A DNA stretch of 64,000 nucleotides from contig JAFGEK010000159.1 of the NCBI GenBank assembly GCA_016931625.1, positions 566 to 64,565 on the forward strand, written 5' to 3'. The stretch is from Deltaproteobacteria bacterium (GTDB taxonomy: Bacteria; Myxococcota; XYA12-FULL-58-9; JAFGEK01). The notes under the pieces are model-generated. The model saw only the letters and a program-made list of their open reading frames with translations, made no database searches and was not told the DNA's origin. A program made the translations under genes and the position numbers. Within the stretch, counting starts at the first letter, position 1. Each line of letters opens with the position of its first letter. Shown piece by piece: positions 9,584 through 19,331 of this stretch.

Positions 9584-10189
9584 ATGCATAACAACACTGG
9601 ATTTCTAATTGCTTTAGAAGGTATTGATGGCTCTGGCACCACTACGCAAGCGCGGCTACTAGGCGAATATTTAAAGTTAAGACGAAAAGTTGTTTGTACT
9701 GTTGAACCATCAAAAGGTCCAATAGGTATACTTATTCGTCAAGCATTAGTTGATAATAAAAAACTTAGCGATGAATCGCTGGCTTTGTTATTTGCTGCTG
9801 ATCGCCTAGATCATATTGAACGCGAAATAGAACCGGCGCTAAAAGAGGGAAACATTGTCATCACTGATCGCTATTTACTTTCTTCGCTAGCATACCAGTC
9901 GAGTTACTTGCCTATAGACTGGGTATTATCAATAAACTCTCGCGCACGAAAACCCGACGCTTCAATTTTATTGCGTGTAAGTGCCGAAACAGCAGCAAGA
10001 CGTCGCGAAACACGTGGCGGTCATAAAGAACGCTTTGATGATATTGAGCGCCAAGGTCAAATCGCGCAAGCTTATGAACAAACTTTAAAGCTTGCAAACG
10101 TTGGCTTAACGTATGCTATCAATGCTGAGAATGATGTTGAAACTGTGCACAACGAATTAAAACAATTGCTAGATAAAATTTTGCCATAA
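9584..10189 (+). CDS. tmk: Thymidylate kinase
   Basis: Has the P-loop (LEGIDGSGTTTQ), the DRY motif (TDRYLLSSLAYQ), and a LID arginine cluster (RRRETRG). Confidence 0.85.
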   Translation: MHNNTGFLIALEGIDGSGTTTQARLLGEYLKLRRKVVCTVEPSKGPIGILIRQALVDNKKLSDESLALLFAADRLDHIEREIEPALKEGNIVITDRYLLSSLAYQSSYLPIDWVLSINSRARKPDASILLRVSAETAARRRETRGGHKERFDDIERQGQIAQAYEQTLKLANVGLTYAINAENDVETVHNELKQLLDKILP

Positions 10190-10503
10190 ATTATCAATTT
10201 GCAGGTTGGACTTTTTTACTTCGACATATAAAACCACACATAAAACTACATATGGCAAATATGTCAGAGAACAACATTATATTAATAACACATAAAATAA
10301 CTATATTATAAATAGCTTTGCGACTAATATGTCATAGTGTATTAATCATTTTTTAGGTTGATAAGAATTATCATTACAACTTTGCTGTAATTATTAAGAC
10401 TTTGTTTTGAATATTATTGGCATATGATATGCTAATATATTACAGCGCAAAGAAATCAACCAAAAAAATCGTTTACCTTTTTGCTAGTGCAGGAGAGGCG
10501 AGC

Positions 10504-12009
10504 ATGAATCAGAAATTATTGAGTATATGCATCATTTCCACATTAACTTTTACTGCATGTAAAAAAGATGATGTCAAAGTTGACGATGTCAATACTCGCA
10601 GTTCAGCTATAGTTAAAAATACGATAACCACTACTACCAGTGCGCTTAACGCGCTTCAAAACGAGCAAACTATTAAAAGTCTTGAACAAGCTTTTGAACA
10701 ATTAAATGAAATCTTTGGTGGTTCAACATCAAATATTCAATCACCTCTTTCTTCTAGTTTAAAAACTTTGCAAGCTAAGGCTACATTAGCATCAAAACGT
10801 CTTAAAAATATAAAATCAAGCTCTTCGGCTTTAGATGAAGTAAGCTCTGTAGATACCGAAGAAGACATTGCTGCTGATATTAATGATTTTTTACAACAAT
10901 ACATATTTACTGATGATAATCTTGAATCAAGTGATGAAAATAGCGCTACTTTGTTAATCAAAGGCACTAGCATATGTGAGACTGAAGATAGTGAATGTAT
11001 CTCATCATTTACTGAAGCGCAAATTCGCATTAAAGCTACATTAACTGATAATGATGGAGTTAATTTTGATTTAATGATTGGTTCGTCACGTACTAATCCT
11101 ATTAGCATAGAAGCCACACCAAAAAGCATTGCCGTACAGCTTGATTTAGCTGCTTTTAAAAATGCCTATCAACAAATAGCGGCTATTACTGGTGATGATG
11201 TCTCTGATATGCCTGAAGTTTTGCAAGGCATATTGCGAGCTAAATTAGTGATTAATGGTGAACAAGATATTTCACTTACTGGCTCAATTATTAAGGCTTT
11301 GCAATTAAAAACTAATGAAACAGAAGGTGCAACAGGTTTAAGTCTCGCTGCTGCAGATCCATTAATTGCTATGGATCTACAAGGTCTCACTAGTACTATG
11401 GAAATAGCTCTCAATGCCGGCAGTGGTAGTTTTTACGCTCCATATTCTTCACTTGATGAAGAATCGACTATTACTGATTCTTTTAGTATCAATTTTGCTG
11501 GTGCAAGTTTTAATGTTTCACTGCAACCTGAGACTGATTTAGTTATTACCAATGTTAGCATTGGCAAAGGACCATTAACCCTAACCCTTGGGGCAAAGAC
11601 TCTATTGTCGCTATTGCTAAATCCGTCTTCTGATTATACTTTTGATGTTGCAATTAAAGCTACTGAAGCAAACGATGCTGTATTAACTTTTACCCCTGAA
11701 TTAAATGTGATTTTGGACTATGATTTTGTTAATACTCCTTTTGAAGACCCCTATGCAGAAGTAGCAATGGCTGAAACCTATGAAATTGATATTTCAGGTA
11801 ATGGCAGCGCCACCATACAATCAGTCCCAGAGGACGCCACTGGGTTTGATGGGGGGATAAAAGTAGTTAGTGGTACTTTAAATTTATCGGCAGCATCAGA
11901 TCAAAGTTCAGTTCAAGTTTCGCAAGGTCAATGTCTTGTATCAGTTGACTCTGAGCCAGAGGCTGGCGCACCATTAACCGCCTATGTTCAAGCAGCAAGC
12001 TGCTTTTAA
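10504..12009 (+). CDS. Hypothetical secreted lipoprotein
   Basis: An AGGAGA Shine-Dalgarno precedes the start. A lipoprotein signal with lipobox is present (LSICIISTLTFTAC). No domain was recognised in the remainder. The ORF track gives a longer N-terminus (10417). Confidence 0.45.
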   Translation: MNQKLLSICIISTLTFTACKKDDVKVDDVNTRSSAIVKNTITTTTSALNALQNEQTIKSLEQAFEQLNEIFGGSTSNIQSPLSSSLKTLQAKATLASKRLKNIKSSSSALDEVSSVDTEEDIAADINDFLQQYIFTDDNLESSDENSATLLIKGTSICETEDSECISSFTEAQIRIKATLTDNDGVNFDLMIGSSRTNPISIEATPKSIAVQLDLAAFKNAYQQIAAITGDDVSDMPEVLQGILRAKLVINGEQDISLTGSIIKALQLKTNETEGATGLSLAAADPLIAMDLQGLTSTMEIALNAGSGSFYAPYSSLDEESTITDSFSINFAGASFNVSLQPETDLVITNVSIGKGPLTLTLGAKTLLSLLLNPSSDYTFDVAIKATEANDAVLTFTPELNVILDYDFVNTPFEDPYAEVAMAETYEIDISGNGSATIQSVPEDATGFDGGIKVVSGTLNLSAASDQSSVQVSQGQCLVSVDSEPEAGAPLTAYVQAASCF

Positions 12010-12045
12010 GATATTAAATATAGTTTAACTCTATTTAATTTACAC

Positions 12046-12110
12046 ACTTATGGATGAGGGATCTCAGCCACTAACATCTAAGAACCCTCGTCCCTTCGGC
12101 TTTGTTCATG
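12046..12110 (-). repeat. Truncated copy (D) of the ~79-bp dispersed element, with an internal hairpin GAGGGATC-N18-GAACCCTC
   Basis: On the minus strand the sequence CCGAAGGGACGAGGGTTCTTAGATG resembles the 5' part of element C (CCCGAAGAG..GACGAGGGATCTTATACC). It lies between convergent genes, at the 3' end of the pilW-like gene. Confidence 0.4.
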
Positions 12111-12155
12111 GTTGTCGTGATAATGATCGAAGGGTGGTTGTCTCTATGCGTTTTT

Positions 12156-13241
12156 TTACAAACCTGAATTATCAATAAAGATATAGGTTGGATTTTGTGT
12201 ATTAATGCTATTAGTTTTGACTAATTCAACAAAATCAGTAGAAGGATATATTGGAGGATTACTGCCTGCTTCAGGTGTTTCAGAACGTAAACGCATCTGT
12301 ACTTCAATAGCACAAACATTAGCAAAATCATTTGCTGTTGGTGAGGTAATGGCGTCTGCGCGCGTAAATAAATTATCGTTATTGGTATCATCGCATTGCC
12401 CATCCCCATTTGCATCTAAATAAAATAAAAATCGTAATGCTGCTATGCTGCCAGCATTAGCACCAATTGATAGATCTGCAGCTGCAAGCACCCTAGTGTC
12501 GGCATTGCGTGCAAGTGGTACCTTATTTTGCCCGGCTTGTTCCCAAAAAATGTATGGGTGGGCTACGTCATCAGTGCAATTTACTCCAAAACGTGACACG
12601 CGGGCCCTTAATATAACAGGGACATGTGGTACCGAAGTACTTAAAGTAGGCTGGGTTAAATCAATACGTGGAGCTAGACTCGAATAGTTGGTATTACTAA
12701 TATTGATAGCGGTATTTGCGACAGTACGAGTTGTAGCAACTTGTAACATTCCATAACCATTAGATATAGCACCACTTGAGAAATTTGAATTTTGATAAAA
12801 AAACAACCATTCGTTTTGCGCAATAATAATATCGCTAACACTCGCCGGATCTGGATTTGCTGAAGTTAAGGTAAGAGAATTAGCAGCAGTGCTACTTACT
12901 ATCCATTCACGTAAATAATCTAATGATGCTATCTCAAGCTCAGGTGTGCCAGAGCATTCTGAACCATTAAGGGTAAAACTTCTAATAGCAAATACACGAG
13001 GCAATCCTAAACCTGCATGGTTTATCTCTTGACTAATTATACTTAATGCCGCACGACCACCCCGCTGAATATCGGTGCGGTCAAAAGTTCTTCTGCTGGT
13101 ACGCGTATGACTAATAAGAAATAAAATAATGCCAGAGATAAAAAACATAGTCACCGCTAAACTGATCATCATTTCGATCAATGTCATACCACGAGTATTC
13201 GTATTATTTCGCCAAATTTGTTGTTTAAGATGCTTGTTCAT
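12156..13241 (-). CDS. pilW: Type IV pilus minor pilin, PilW-like (prepilin-type N-terminal cleavage/methylation domain)
   Basis: Leader is MNKHLKQQIWRNNTNTRG, followed by the mature N-terminus MTLIEMMISLAVTMFF (prepilin peptidase motif G|[FM]TLIE). The size of about 360 aa is typical of PilW. Confidence 0.6.
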   Translation of the reverse strand: MNKHLKQQIWRNNTNTRGMTLIEMMISLAVTMFFISGIILFLISHTRTSRRTFDRTDIQRGGRAALSIISQEINHAGLGLPRVFAIRSFTLNGSECSGTPELEIASLDYLREWIVSSTAANSLTLTSANPDPASVSDIIIAQNEWLFFYQNSNFSSGAISNGYGMLQVATTRTVANTAINISNTNYSSLAPRIDLTQPTLSTSVPHVPVILRARVSRFGVNCTDDVAHPYIFWEQAGQNKVPLARNADTRVLAAADLSIGANAGSIAALRFLFYLDANGDGQCDDTNNDNLFTRADAITSPTANDFANVCAIEVQMRLRSETPEAGSNPPIYPSTDFVELVKTNSINTQNPTYIFIDNSGL

Positions 13242-13243
13242 GT

Positions 13244-13723
13244 CTATAAACTCTTGCCGCCTACGACTCGCACGGTACGTACAGTGTTTTTAAAAGATAG
13301 ATCAGTCCAAGAAACCGTTACCGTAATAAGTTTAAATTCTATACCCGCAGCAGTAGTATCAACATCTTGATCGGCTACAAACCACGAGCGTGCAAACCAT
13401 CCATCGGCGCTGCCATAATCACCTGTTGCTGCACCAGTTGGAGTATAGGCAGTTCCACCATAGCCTATATTTTTTCCGCCTGGTTCTATATGGTTACCAG
13501 CAGTTAAATCAGCATTAGTAAATTGCTTGCCCAGAAGCTCATTTAATTTGCTTTGCGCCAACACGGTTGCTTGGGTCATGCGACCAGCAGTAGCTACACC
13601 TTGTGAACCGGAGACTAATAAACGTAACAAACCAAGCGCCCCAAAGGTAAAAACAAACATCGCAACAACAACTTCGATTAAAGTAAAACCTCGTTCATGC
13701 TTTACTCTAAGTAGATGTCGCAT
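13244..13723 (-). CDS. pilV: Type IV pilus minor pilin, PilV-like
   Basis: Leader MRHLLRVKHERG precedes FTLIEVVVAMFVFTFGALGLL, a PilV-like N-terminus. Length is about 160 aa. Confidence 0.6.
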   Translation of the reverse strand: MRHLLRVKHERGFTLIEVVVAMFVFTFGALGLLRLLVSGSQGVATAGRMTQATVLAQSKLNELLGKQFTNADLTAGNHIEPGGKNIGYGGTAYTPTGAATGDYGSADGWFARSWFVADQDVDTTAAGIEFKLITVTVSWTDLSFKNTVRTVRVVGGKSL

Positions 13724-13735
13724 AATCTTCCCACC

Positions 13736-14377
13736 TCAATTGCGTCTGAAGATACGAGCATCGCCACTAGCACCAACAAAAACCAGGGCGTCGATACGTG
13801 CTGATGTTCCTGATGCATCGTAAATTAACACTGCACCACTGGTGCCATTTAAAACAGTGCCATCTTCGATAAAGTTAATATTTCCAGTATTACCGCCGCC
13901 ACAAAAACTACACCAACTACTACTTGCAATACCGTTGTAAGGTACGGGGAAATTTGCACCATAACCTGCAGTTGGGCCAAAGCCCACTTCTGTTGCAGAT
14001 AGTGTTTTGGTTTTTATTAGCGTTTCATAATTTCCGTCACGATCACTATCTTTACGTATATGCCATTGCTGATTAGCGCGATCGACCACAATTTGGTGCG
14101 GCAACGTAGTGCTGCGTGCGAAACCTTGCGCCTCGATAAAACCACCATAAAACTCACGCATCGCCGCACCTACTTGAGAACTACGATAATATCCAATTAG
14201 ATTTGGGGTTGCGATTATAGCAACTATACCAATAATGGCGGCTACCACCATTACTTCAATAAGGGTGAAGCCTATTTCACCTCGACTTTTGTTTCTGCTT
14301 TCATTTCGACTTTCATTTCTGTCATTTCGACTGCAGGAAGAAATCTTATATTGAAGTGGTATAAGATCCCTCGTCAC
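13736..14377 (-). CDS. FimT/GspH-like pseudopilin (prepilin-type N-terminal domain); start uncertain
   Basis: Contains the G|FTLIEVMVVAAIIGIVA prepilin motif at nt 14272-14220 on the minus strand. No in-frame ATG exists between that motif and the repeat element. The nearest candidate start is the in-frame GTG at 14377; the ORF track extends to 14503. The 5' region is encoded by repeat element C, so the true start could lie closer to 14290 via a non-canonical codon. Confidence 0.45.
   Translation of the reverse strand: MTRDLIPLQYKISSCSRNDRNESRNESRNKSRGEIGFTLIEVMVVAAIIGIVAIIATPNLIGYYRSSQVGAAMREFYGGFIEAQGFARSTTLPHQIVVDRANQQWHIRKDSDRDGNYETLIKTKTLSATEVGFGPTAGYGANFPVPYNGIASSSWCSFCGGGNTGNINFIEDGTVLNGTSGAVLIYDASGTSARIDALVFVGASGDARIFRRN
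14299..14377 (-). repeat. Copy C of the ~79-bp dispersed element, immediately upstream of (or within the 5' end of) the fimT-like gene
   Basis: Minus-strand sequence: GTGACGAGGGATCTTATACCACTTCAATATAAGATTTCTTCCTGCAGTCGAAATGACAGAAATGAAAGTCGAAATGAAA. It aligns with copies A and B and shares GAGGGATC-N18-AGATTTCTYCCTRCRGTCGAAATGACA-N10-TCGAAATGA. Confidence 0.7.
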
Positions 14378-14450
14378 TAAAGCTCTTCGGGATGACATTA
14401 GTCGCATTACTCCTCGGGATAACATAAAACGCCAATGCGTATTTTTATTT

Positions 14451-17400
14451 TTAGTGTAACGCATTATGTAACTCACGACTAACATCAAGACGTAAGATTT
14501 CAACTACTAGACTTTGACTACCACTATTTACTTGCAGGGTAGTCAAACCAGAATCACTACTACCGGAAATTAAAGTAGTGGTAGCACCGTGGCTTGTTAT
14601 TACGCTAGTAGTAGCAGGCGCGGCTGGAACACCTTGCCCTAATGAAGCTGATGCATCTGCAACTGTGATCGCATTATCATGATTCCAATCAACGGGTTTA
14701 CCGGTTAACCAATCAAAAGCATAAAGTTTACCATCGCCTTTGCTTTGCGCGGCAGAACAAACATCGCTGCTACCACCGCCACCACAAACCGCAGTGGGAG
14801 CAAATACGGAGTATTCTGCGAATGGTGAAATAGTACCCATGGTTTCAAAGCGTGAAATATTAAATGGGGCCACCACTTTTTCGCCTGCGGGCAACTTGTA
14901 ATACCACCCTCGTGAACTAGAAGTTGCCCAAGTGTTATTAGCAATATTAATTTCGGTTAAATCACTTTCGGTACATGGTCGAGTTACGCTGCTAGTGCTA
15001 CAACTTTCTAAAACCATTGAATAGAGACGTTGTTGGTCACTACAAATATAACCATTAATAGTAGTACTTAATAACGGATTAGGTATAAGGTAGTCACGAT
15101 CACCAGTACCAATAATAATTCGTTCTTTTCCTTGATAACGAGTTAGCGTAGGCGCAAAAAAGAACGGCCACCGCTGGTACTCACTGTTAGCAAGTGTAGT
15201 ATCACCATTTGATGTAATTAGCGGATTGGTAGTTTTAAAAATTACTTGGGGGGTAAAATTAAACACGCCACTTGATAGCGCTGATGCTGGTGTTGGTATA
15301 TGCCAGATCTGCCCGCCGTGATCGGCTGCAACTATGCCTGCCATCATCGGCACCCCACCCTCAGTATTGCGCGCATAAAATACTGGGGTTGCGGGGAATG
15401 AATACTTCATTGTTGCTGTAGCCGAGCTAACCGCATAAGTAACTTTCCATAATACTGCCCCAGTATAGGCATCGAGCATAAATAGTGCGTTACCTTTTAT
15501 ATCGAGTGGATCATACCCGCCTGAAAGTAGCACTACCCATCGATCAACTGCTTTAGTGGCAGGATTATTATCGTGATCCCAAGCTAGTGGACCTATTGAA
15601 GCTGGCGAAGGATAAACATCAAGCCAACTATTGGCCATTAATGCATCTTCACTGCTACTAGGCGCGGGGAATTGCCATAAAAATACAGGATTAGTGGCAT
15701 CAGTAACATCAAGTGCAACATAGCGTTGACCACCATCGCGATGACCATAAATGGCTACCGTTTTCCATTTAGTTTTGTTACTAGCAATATTTTTATCAGC
15801 GGTTGGGTCAATCCAAATATCACGCACCATTACTGAGCCATCAACCATAAATTTATGGTTAGCTAAACCACATGAATGGGTTGCTGGGTTACACATGTCT
15901 TTAAGACGGGGAAGCATCTCAGGGCTCACAAAAGCCCATAATTCTTTACCTAATTCTGGATGAGAAGATGTATCTTCAATGTATGCCCCCCCTATCCCGG
16001 CATTGGCATCCCAAACTCCAGTTAAAAATGCATGCAGCATACCGTCATTAGCACCTACTAACATAACACGCGATCGTGAAGTATAAGTTGATTGAAAACC
16101 TTGATAAGATGCGGTCGCTGCCCAAGCCCCGACATCAGTACTGCCACCAGGACGCTGCAAAGTAGCTGGTATTGAGTGAAAAATATCGCCAAGCTTCCAC
16201 CAGCCATCAATTGGTTGACCACCATGTTGAATATTGTTGAGATTGCGCTCTTCACTAGTATTGGTATCACCGTCGATATCATATACATCTAACCCACGGA
16301 AAAAATTAACCAGCTTTTGCCCATCACTAACTGTCGCCGTGCCTAACTCGGCAAGAAAGCGCGACCCGGTAGTTACATTAGCCTCGGTAAAATCTATTTG
16401 CGTGTATGCAGGTGGTAATGAAGTATCAGGCACCGCTGTTTTAATCACTCGATTGGCTGCAGTTACATAACAAGATGAGACATCAAGGTCGCCTTGATCT
16501 GAAGGAACCACCCCAAGAGTACCTGCAACATCACCTGCTAAACAAAGCGATGAATCCCATAATGGTTTTGAGCTTAAATAGCCATCGCTATCATAAATCG
16601 GTGCGATGGCACCATTTGCATCAAGAATGCAGGTGCTATCACCAGATGGACAAGTGCAAGCATTACCAAGTAATGCAGAATTTGCGACATCACAAAATGT
16701 AAAACCGTAAATATGACCTTCCCACAACGAGAATTCGTCACTGGGGCGAAAAACGGCATTGGCAACCGAAGCTTGACCAGATTGATTAGTAGCAGGGACA
16801 GACGGTGCGGTAAAACCTACGGTGCGATGTAAAATATCTGAAATAATTTCAGTAAGCGCATCACGTAACTCTGCTACACTCGTTGCCGGCAAACATTTTC
16901 CTGAGCCCCCCGTGGCTACATCATCTAATAATCCGTAACATTTAGTTGGGTCAGTTTCATCAGTTATACCGTAACTCACTGCATAGGTTTTAACATCTTG
17001 AAGCCCCGAAATATCTGAACGCATGTCTAATTGGGTTAAGGCATAAGCTACATCATCAACTAATGAACCACCATACTGGTACAATCCTCCAACCATACCT
17101 TGATTTTTATAATAACCGTCACTCATACCAGTGACTTCGCCATTAACAAAAGGCACTCTACTGCCTGCAGTAGCGTCCCACATGGGAAAACCGTCAGTAA
17201 TTAATACCACAAAATTCTTAGCTTGTGTGCAAACTGATGAACCATAGTCGCATATCGGGGTGTTTACACCGGTAGTTGTAGTAAAATATTTGCCAACATT
17301 ATCAAGGGCCATAGCAAGTGGGGTACCCCAATCCAGCGTATAGCCATTATAAAGATAGTTTATCAAATTGCTGTCAGACGGATTAAAACATTGGGTTGCA

Positions 17401-18548
17401 GGATCACCATCAAAGCAAGCAGTGCCTGTAGTTTGCGAACAAGGGGGTTTCACCGCATATTGAATAGAACCGCTACTACCTGTAGCAGGATAATAAATAT
17501 TGCCACTGTCATTAAAATCAGAAATACCAATACGAACGTCGCCGCTCATATTATTTATGGTATCGGTAAAAGCTTTAACTAAGGCCACTACCTTAGTTGG
17601 ATAGAAGTTTAAAAAATCACCTAAGACGTAAGGGTAATCTTTGTTAAGGCCACCGGTAGTAGCACCACTGCCGCCGCTATATGGTATACAATATTTATAA
17701 GAATATTTATAATAATAGCAGCCAGAAATCGAGCAACCGGAGCCGCCTGAACACATTGAACATATGTGACTTTTACATATACCGCTAGTACATTCATAGC
17801 CATGACTACAGTACCCACCTAAATCTGGCGCTGTCGGTGTGGTCGGTGTTGACGAACACATATTTAACGGATCGCCACTAGCGTTATCTGCTGGCTCCCA
17901 AAAATAACCATGCGTACGCATGCTATAAATACAGCGTGATTTTTGATAACAGTTATCAGTAACACTACTACTGCTACAAATAGTGCTAATAACATCGTCA
18001 AATTTATCTTGTTCGGTAGTACCGCTACCGGTGGCTTGTACCGTATACTCAAAAGCGACACTATTGTGAGTGTATATGTTCCAAGGTGGAAACATATCAT
18101 CGGTAGGGCCACTTTTGCGTTCGTCAAAAATCGGATACCTAGTGCCACGATAAGTTGTACCGTCACTGTTATATAAACTGCGATATGGATCAGCAACGCT
18201 GTCACCGGTAACATCCGGGCCGCTTAAGCCTTCTAGTACTGAATTTACACTGATCATAGAACTATTAGGCCCGCTAATCAGCGTCATATTTTGATTTTTG
18301 CTGCATTGTCGTGTACCTGATAAATCTTCACAAATCAGATCGTACATCGAATTTGAACTATCAAACAAGAAAACAATGTTAGGCGGAGCAGTAGAACTTG
18401 TACCAGCACCTGCTTCAAGCAAGTGTAAATCATCAGCAAGCGCAAACTCTACGCCACTAACAAAAAATACGATCGAGGCAATTACAATAACTCGCCAACT
18501 AAAAACTTTAAACAATGCAAAAACAAATGCTCGCATCATCGACTCCAC
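14451..18548 (-). CDS. pilY1: PilY1/PilC-like type IV pilus tip adhesin/biogenesis protein with vWA-like and Cys-rich regions
   Basis: 1365 aa with a signal/TM N-terminus. A vWA-like stretch is present (DVRIGISDFNDSGNIYY ... FVVLITDGFP). A Cys-rich insert is present (CSHGYECTSGICKSHICSMCSGGSGCSISGCYYY). The C-terminal half is beta-propeller-like. Its position between pilX-like and minor pilin genes supports the call. Confidence 0.6.
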   Translation of the reverse strand: MESMMRAFVFALFKVFSWRVIVIASIVFFVSGVEFALADDLHLLEAGAGTSSTAPPNIVFLFDSSNSMYDLICEDLSGTRQCSKNQNMTLISGPNSSMISVNSVLEGLSGPDVTGDSVADPYRSLYNSDGTTYRGTRYPIFDERKSGPTDDMFPPWNIYTHNSVAFEYTVQATGSGTTEQDKFDDVISTICSSSSVTDNCYQKSRCIYSMRTHGYFWEPADNASGDPLNMCSSTPTTPTAPDLGGYCSHGYECTSGICKSHICSMCSGGSGCSISGCYYYKYSYKYCIPYSGGSGATTGGLNKDYPYVLGDFLNFYPTKVVALVKAFTDTINNMSGDVRIGISDFNDSGNIYYPATGSSGSIQYAVKPPCSQTTGTACFDGDPATQCFNPSDSNLINYLYNGYTLDWGTPLAMALDNVGKYFTTTTGVNTPICDYGSSVCTQAKNFVVLITDGFPMWDATAGSRVPFVNGEVTGMSDGYYKNQGMVGGLYQYGGSLVDDVAYALTQLDMRSDISGLQDVKTYAVSYGITDETDPTKCYGLLDDVATGGSGKCLPATSVAELRDALTEIISDILHRTVGFTAPSVPATNQSGQASVANAVFRPSDEFSLWEGHIYGFTFCDVANSALLGNACTCPSGDSTCILDANGAIAPIYDSDGYLSSKPLWDSSLCLAGDVAGTLGVVPSDQGDLDVSSCYVTAANRVIKTAVPDTSLPPAYTQIDFTEANVTTGSRFLAELGTATVSDGQKLVNFFRGLDVYDIDGDTNTSEERNLNNIQHGGQPIDGWWKLGDIFHSIPATLQRPGGSTDVGAWAATASYQGFQSTYTSRSRVMLVGANDGMLHAFLTGVWDANAGIGGAYIEDTSSHPELGKELWAFVSPEMLPRLKDMCNPATHSCGLANHKFMVDGSVMVRDIWIDPTADKNIASNKTKWKTVAIYGHRDGGQRYVALDVTDATNPVFLWQFPAPSSSEDALMANSWLDVYPSPASIGPLAWDHDNNPATKAVDRWVVLLSGGYDPLDIKGNALFMLDAYTGAVLWKVTYAVSSATATMKYSFPATPVFYARNTEGGVPMMAGIVAADHGGQIWHIPTPASALSSGVFNFTPQVIFKTTNPLITSNGDTTLANSEYQRWPFFFAPTLTRYQGKERIIIGTGDRDYLIPNPLLSTTINGYICSDQQRLYSMVLESCSTSSVTRPCTESDLTEINIANNTWATSSSRGWYYKLPAGEKVVAPFNISRFETMGTISPFAEYSVFAPTAVCGGGGSSDVCSAAQSKGDGKLYAFDWLTGKPVDWNHDNAITVADASASLGQGVPAAPATTSVITSHGATTTLISGSSDSGLTTLQVNSGSQSLVVEILRLDVSRELHNALH

Positions 18549-18565
18549 CAGCGAAATCTTCTTAT

Positions 18566-19078
18566 TTACGGCGTAGCAATGCCATAACGTAGTACCAGTT
18601 GGACTTCACGTTCGCCAAAATTAGGCCCCCTACAAGTCGCAGTAGTCGTTATAAAATGAATACCGCTACTTAAATTTGCACCACCACCGCCACCGCCGTA
18701 ATCAAGCTTATTAGTAATATTCACACCTTCAAATGCAGAAGAAAAATCGCCTGAAGTGGCCGCAAGTTCAGTAAACGGTACAGTGGCTGCAACATTATCA
18801 TAATGCCCAGCTTGATAATGCAAAGTATTACCACCACCAATATCAATATCGGCAGCGATTGATTGAGCGCTATTATCAGGAAGTATTGAACGTATATGCT
18901 CAAGCGCCGCGCGTGCACAAGAAGCTGTTACTTCACGCGAGCGAAAGCCGACACTGCTATTTAATTCACTACCAGTAATCGCCACTGCAGCTAAACCGCC
19001 GACTAAAACTATAAGCAAAAGAAAAGTTACTACGATAAGAGCGGCACCGCGCTCGGTCGAAGAAGAATTTTTTTGCAT
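18566..19078 (-). CDS. pilX: PilX-like minor pilin / pilus assembly protein (PilX_N-type N-terminus)
   Basis: The start was chosen at the Met of MQKNSSSTERGAALIVVTFLLLIVLVGGLAAVAITG, a PilX N-terminal-like hydrophobic segment. The ORF track extends to 19297, but that extension is encoded by repeat element A in antisense. No clear Shine-Dalgarno is present. Confidence 0.45.
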   Translation of the reverse strand: MQKNSSSTERGAALIVVTFLLLIVLVGGLAAVAITGSELNSSVGFRSREVTASCARAALEHIRSILPDNSAQSIAADIDIGGGNTLHYQAGHYDNVAATVPFTELAATSGDFSSAFEGVNITNKLDYGGGGGGANLSSGIHFITTTATCRGPNFGEREVQLVLRYGIATP

Positions 19079-19176
19079 ACAAAATCGCTGCTTAAGCTGC
19101 AATTTTCCAATAACCTTTGGTGATGCGGGAAGGTCATCTTGTGGTTCAAAGAGCTCACCATGCTCGGGTGCGCATA

Positions 19177-19255
19177 GGGACGAGGGATCTTTTTCTATTG
19201 GAAAATGAGATTTCTCCCTACGGTCGAAATGACAGGAGGGAGAATCGAAATGACA
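19177..19255 (+). repeat. Copy A of the ~79-bp dispersed element (plus strand, inverted relative to copy C)
   Basis: Sequence: GGGACGAGGGATCTTTTTCTATTGGAAAATGAGATTTCTCCCTACGGTCGAAATGACAGGAGGGAGAATCGAAATGACA. It has two TCGAAATGACA units 21 bp apart. Confidence 0.7.
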
Positions 19256-19331
19256 TGCGGTTTTCGTTTTAGCCGATGCTGGTAAAAATGACTTCATCTT
19301 GGGCTCCGCGCTACAGTTCTTAGCAATGTGA

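Noticed and set aside
19231-19287. Mini-ORFs of 15-18 codons starting at the ATG inside each TCGAAATGACA unit of elements A, B and C
   Set aside because: There is no Shine-Dalgarno. The peptide sequences are not conserved beyond the part dictated by the repeat. They are noted in the findings as a curiosity and not called as genes.
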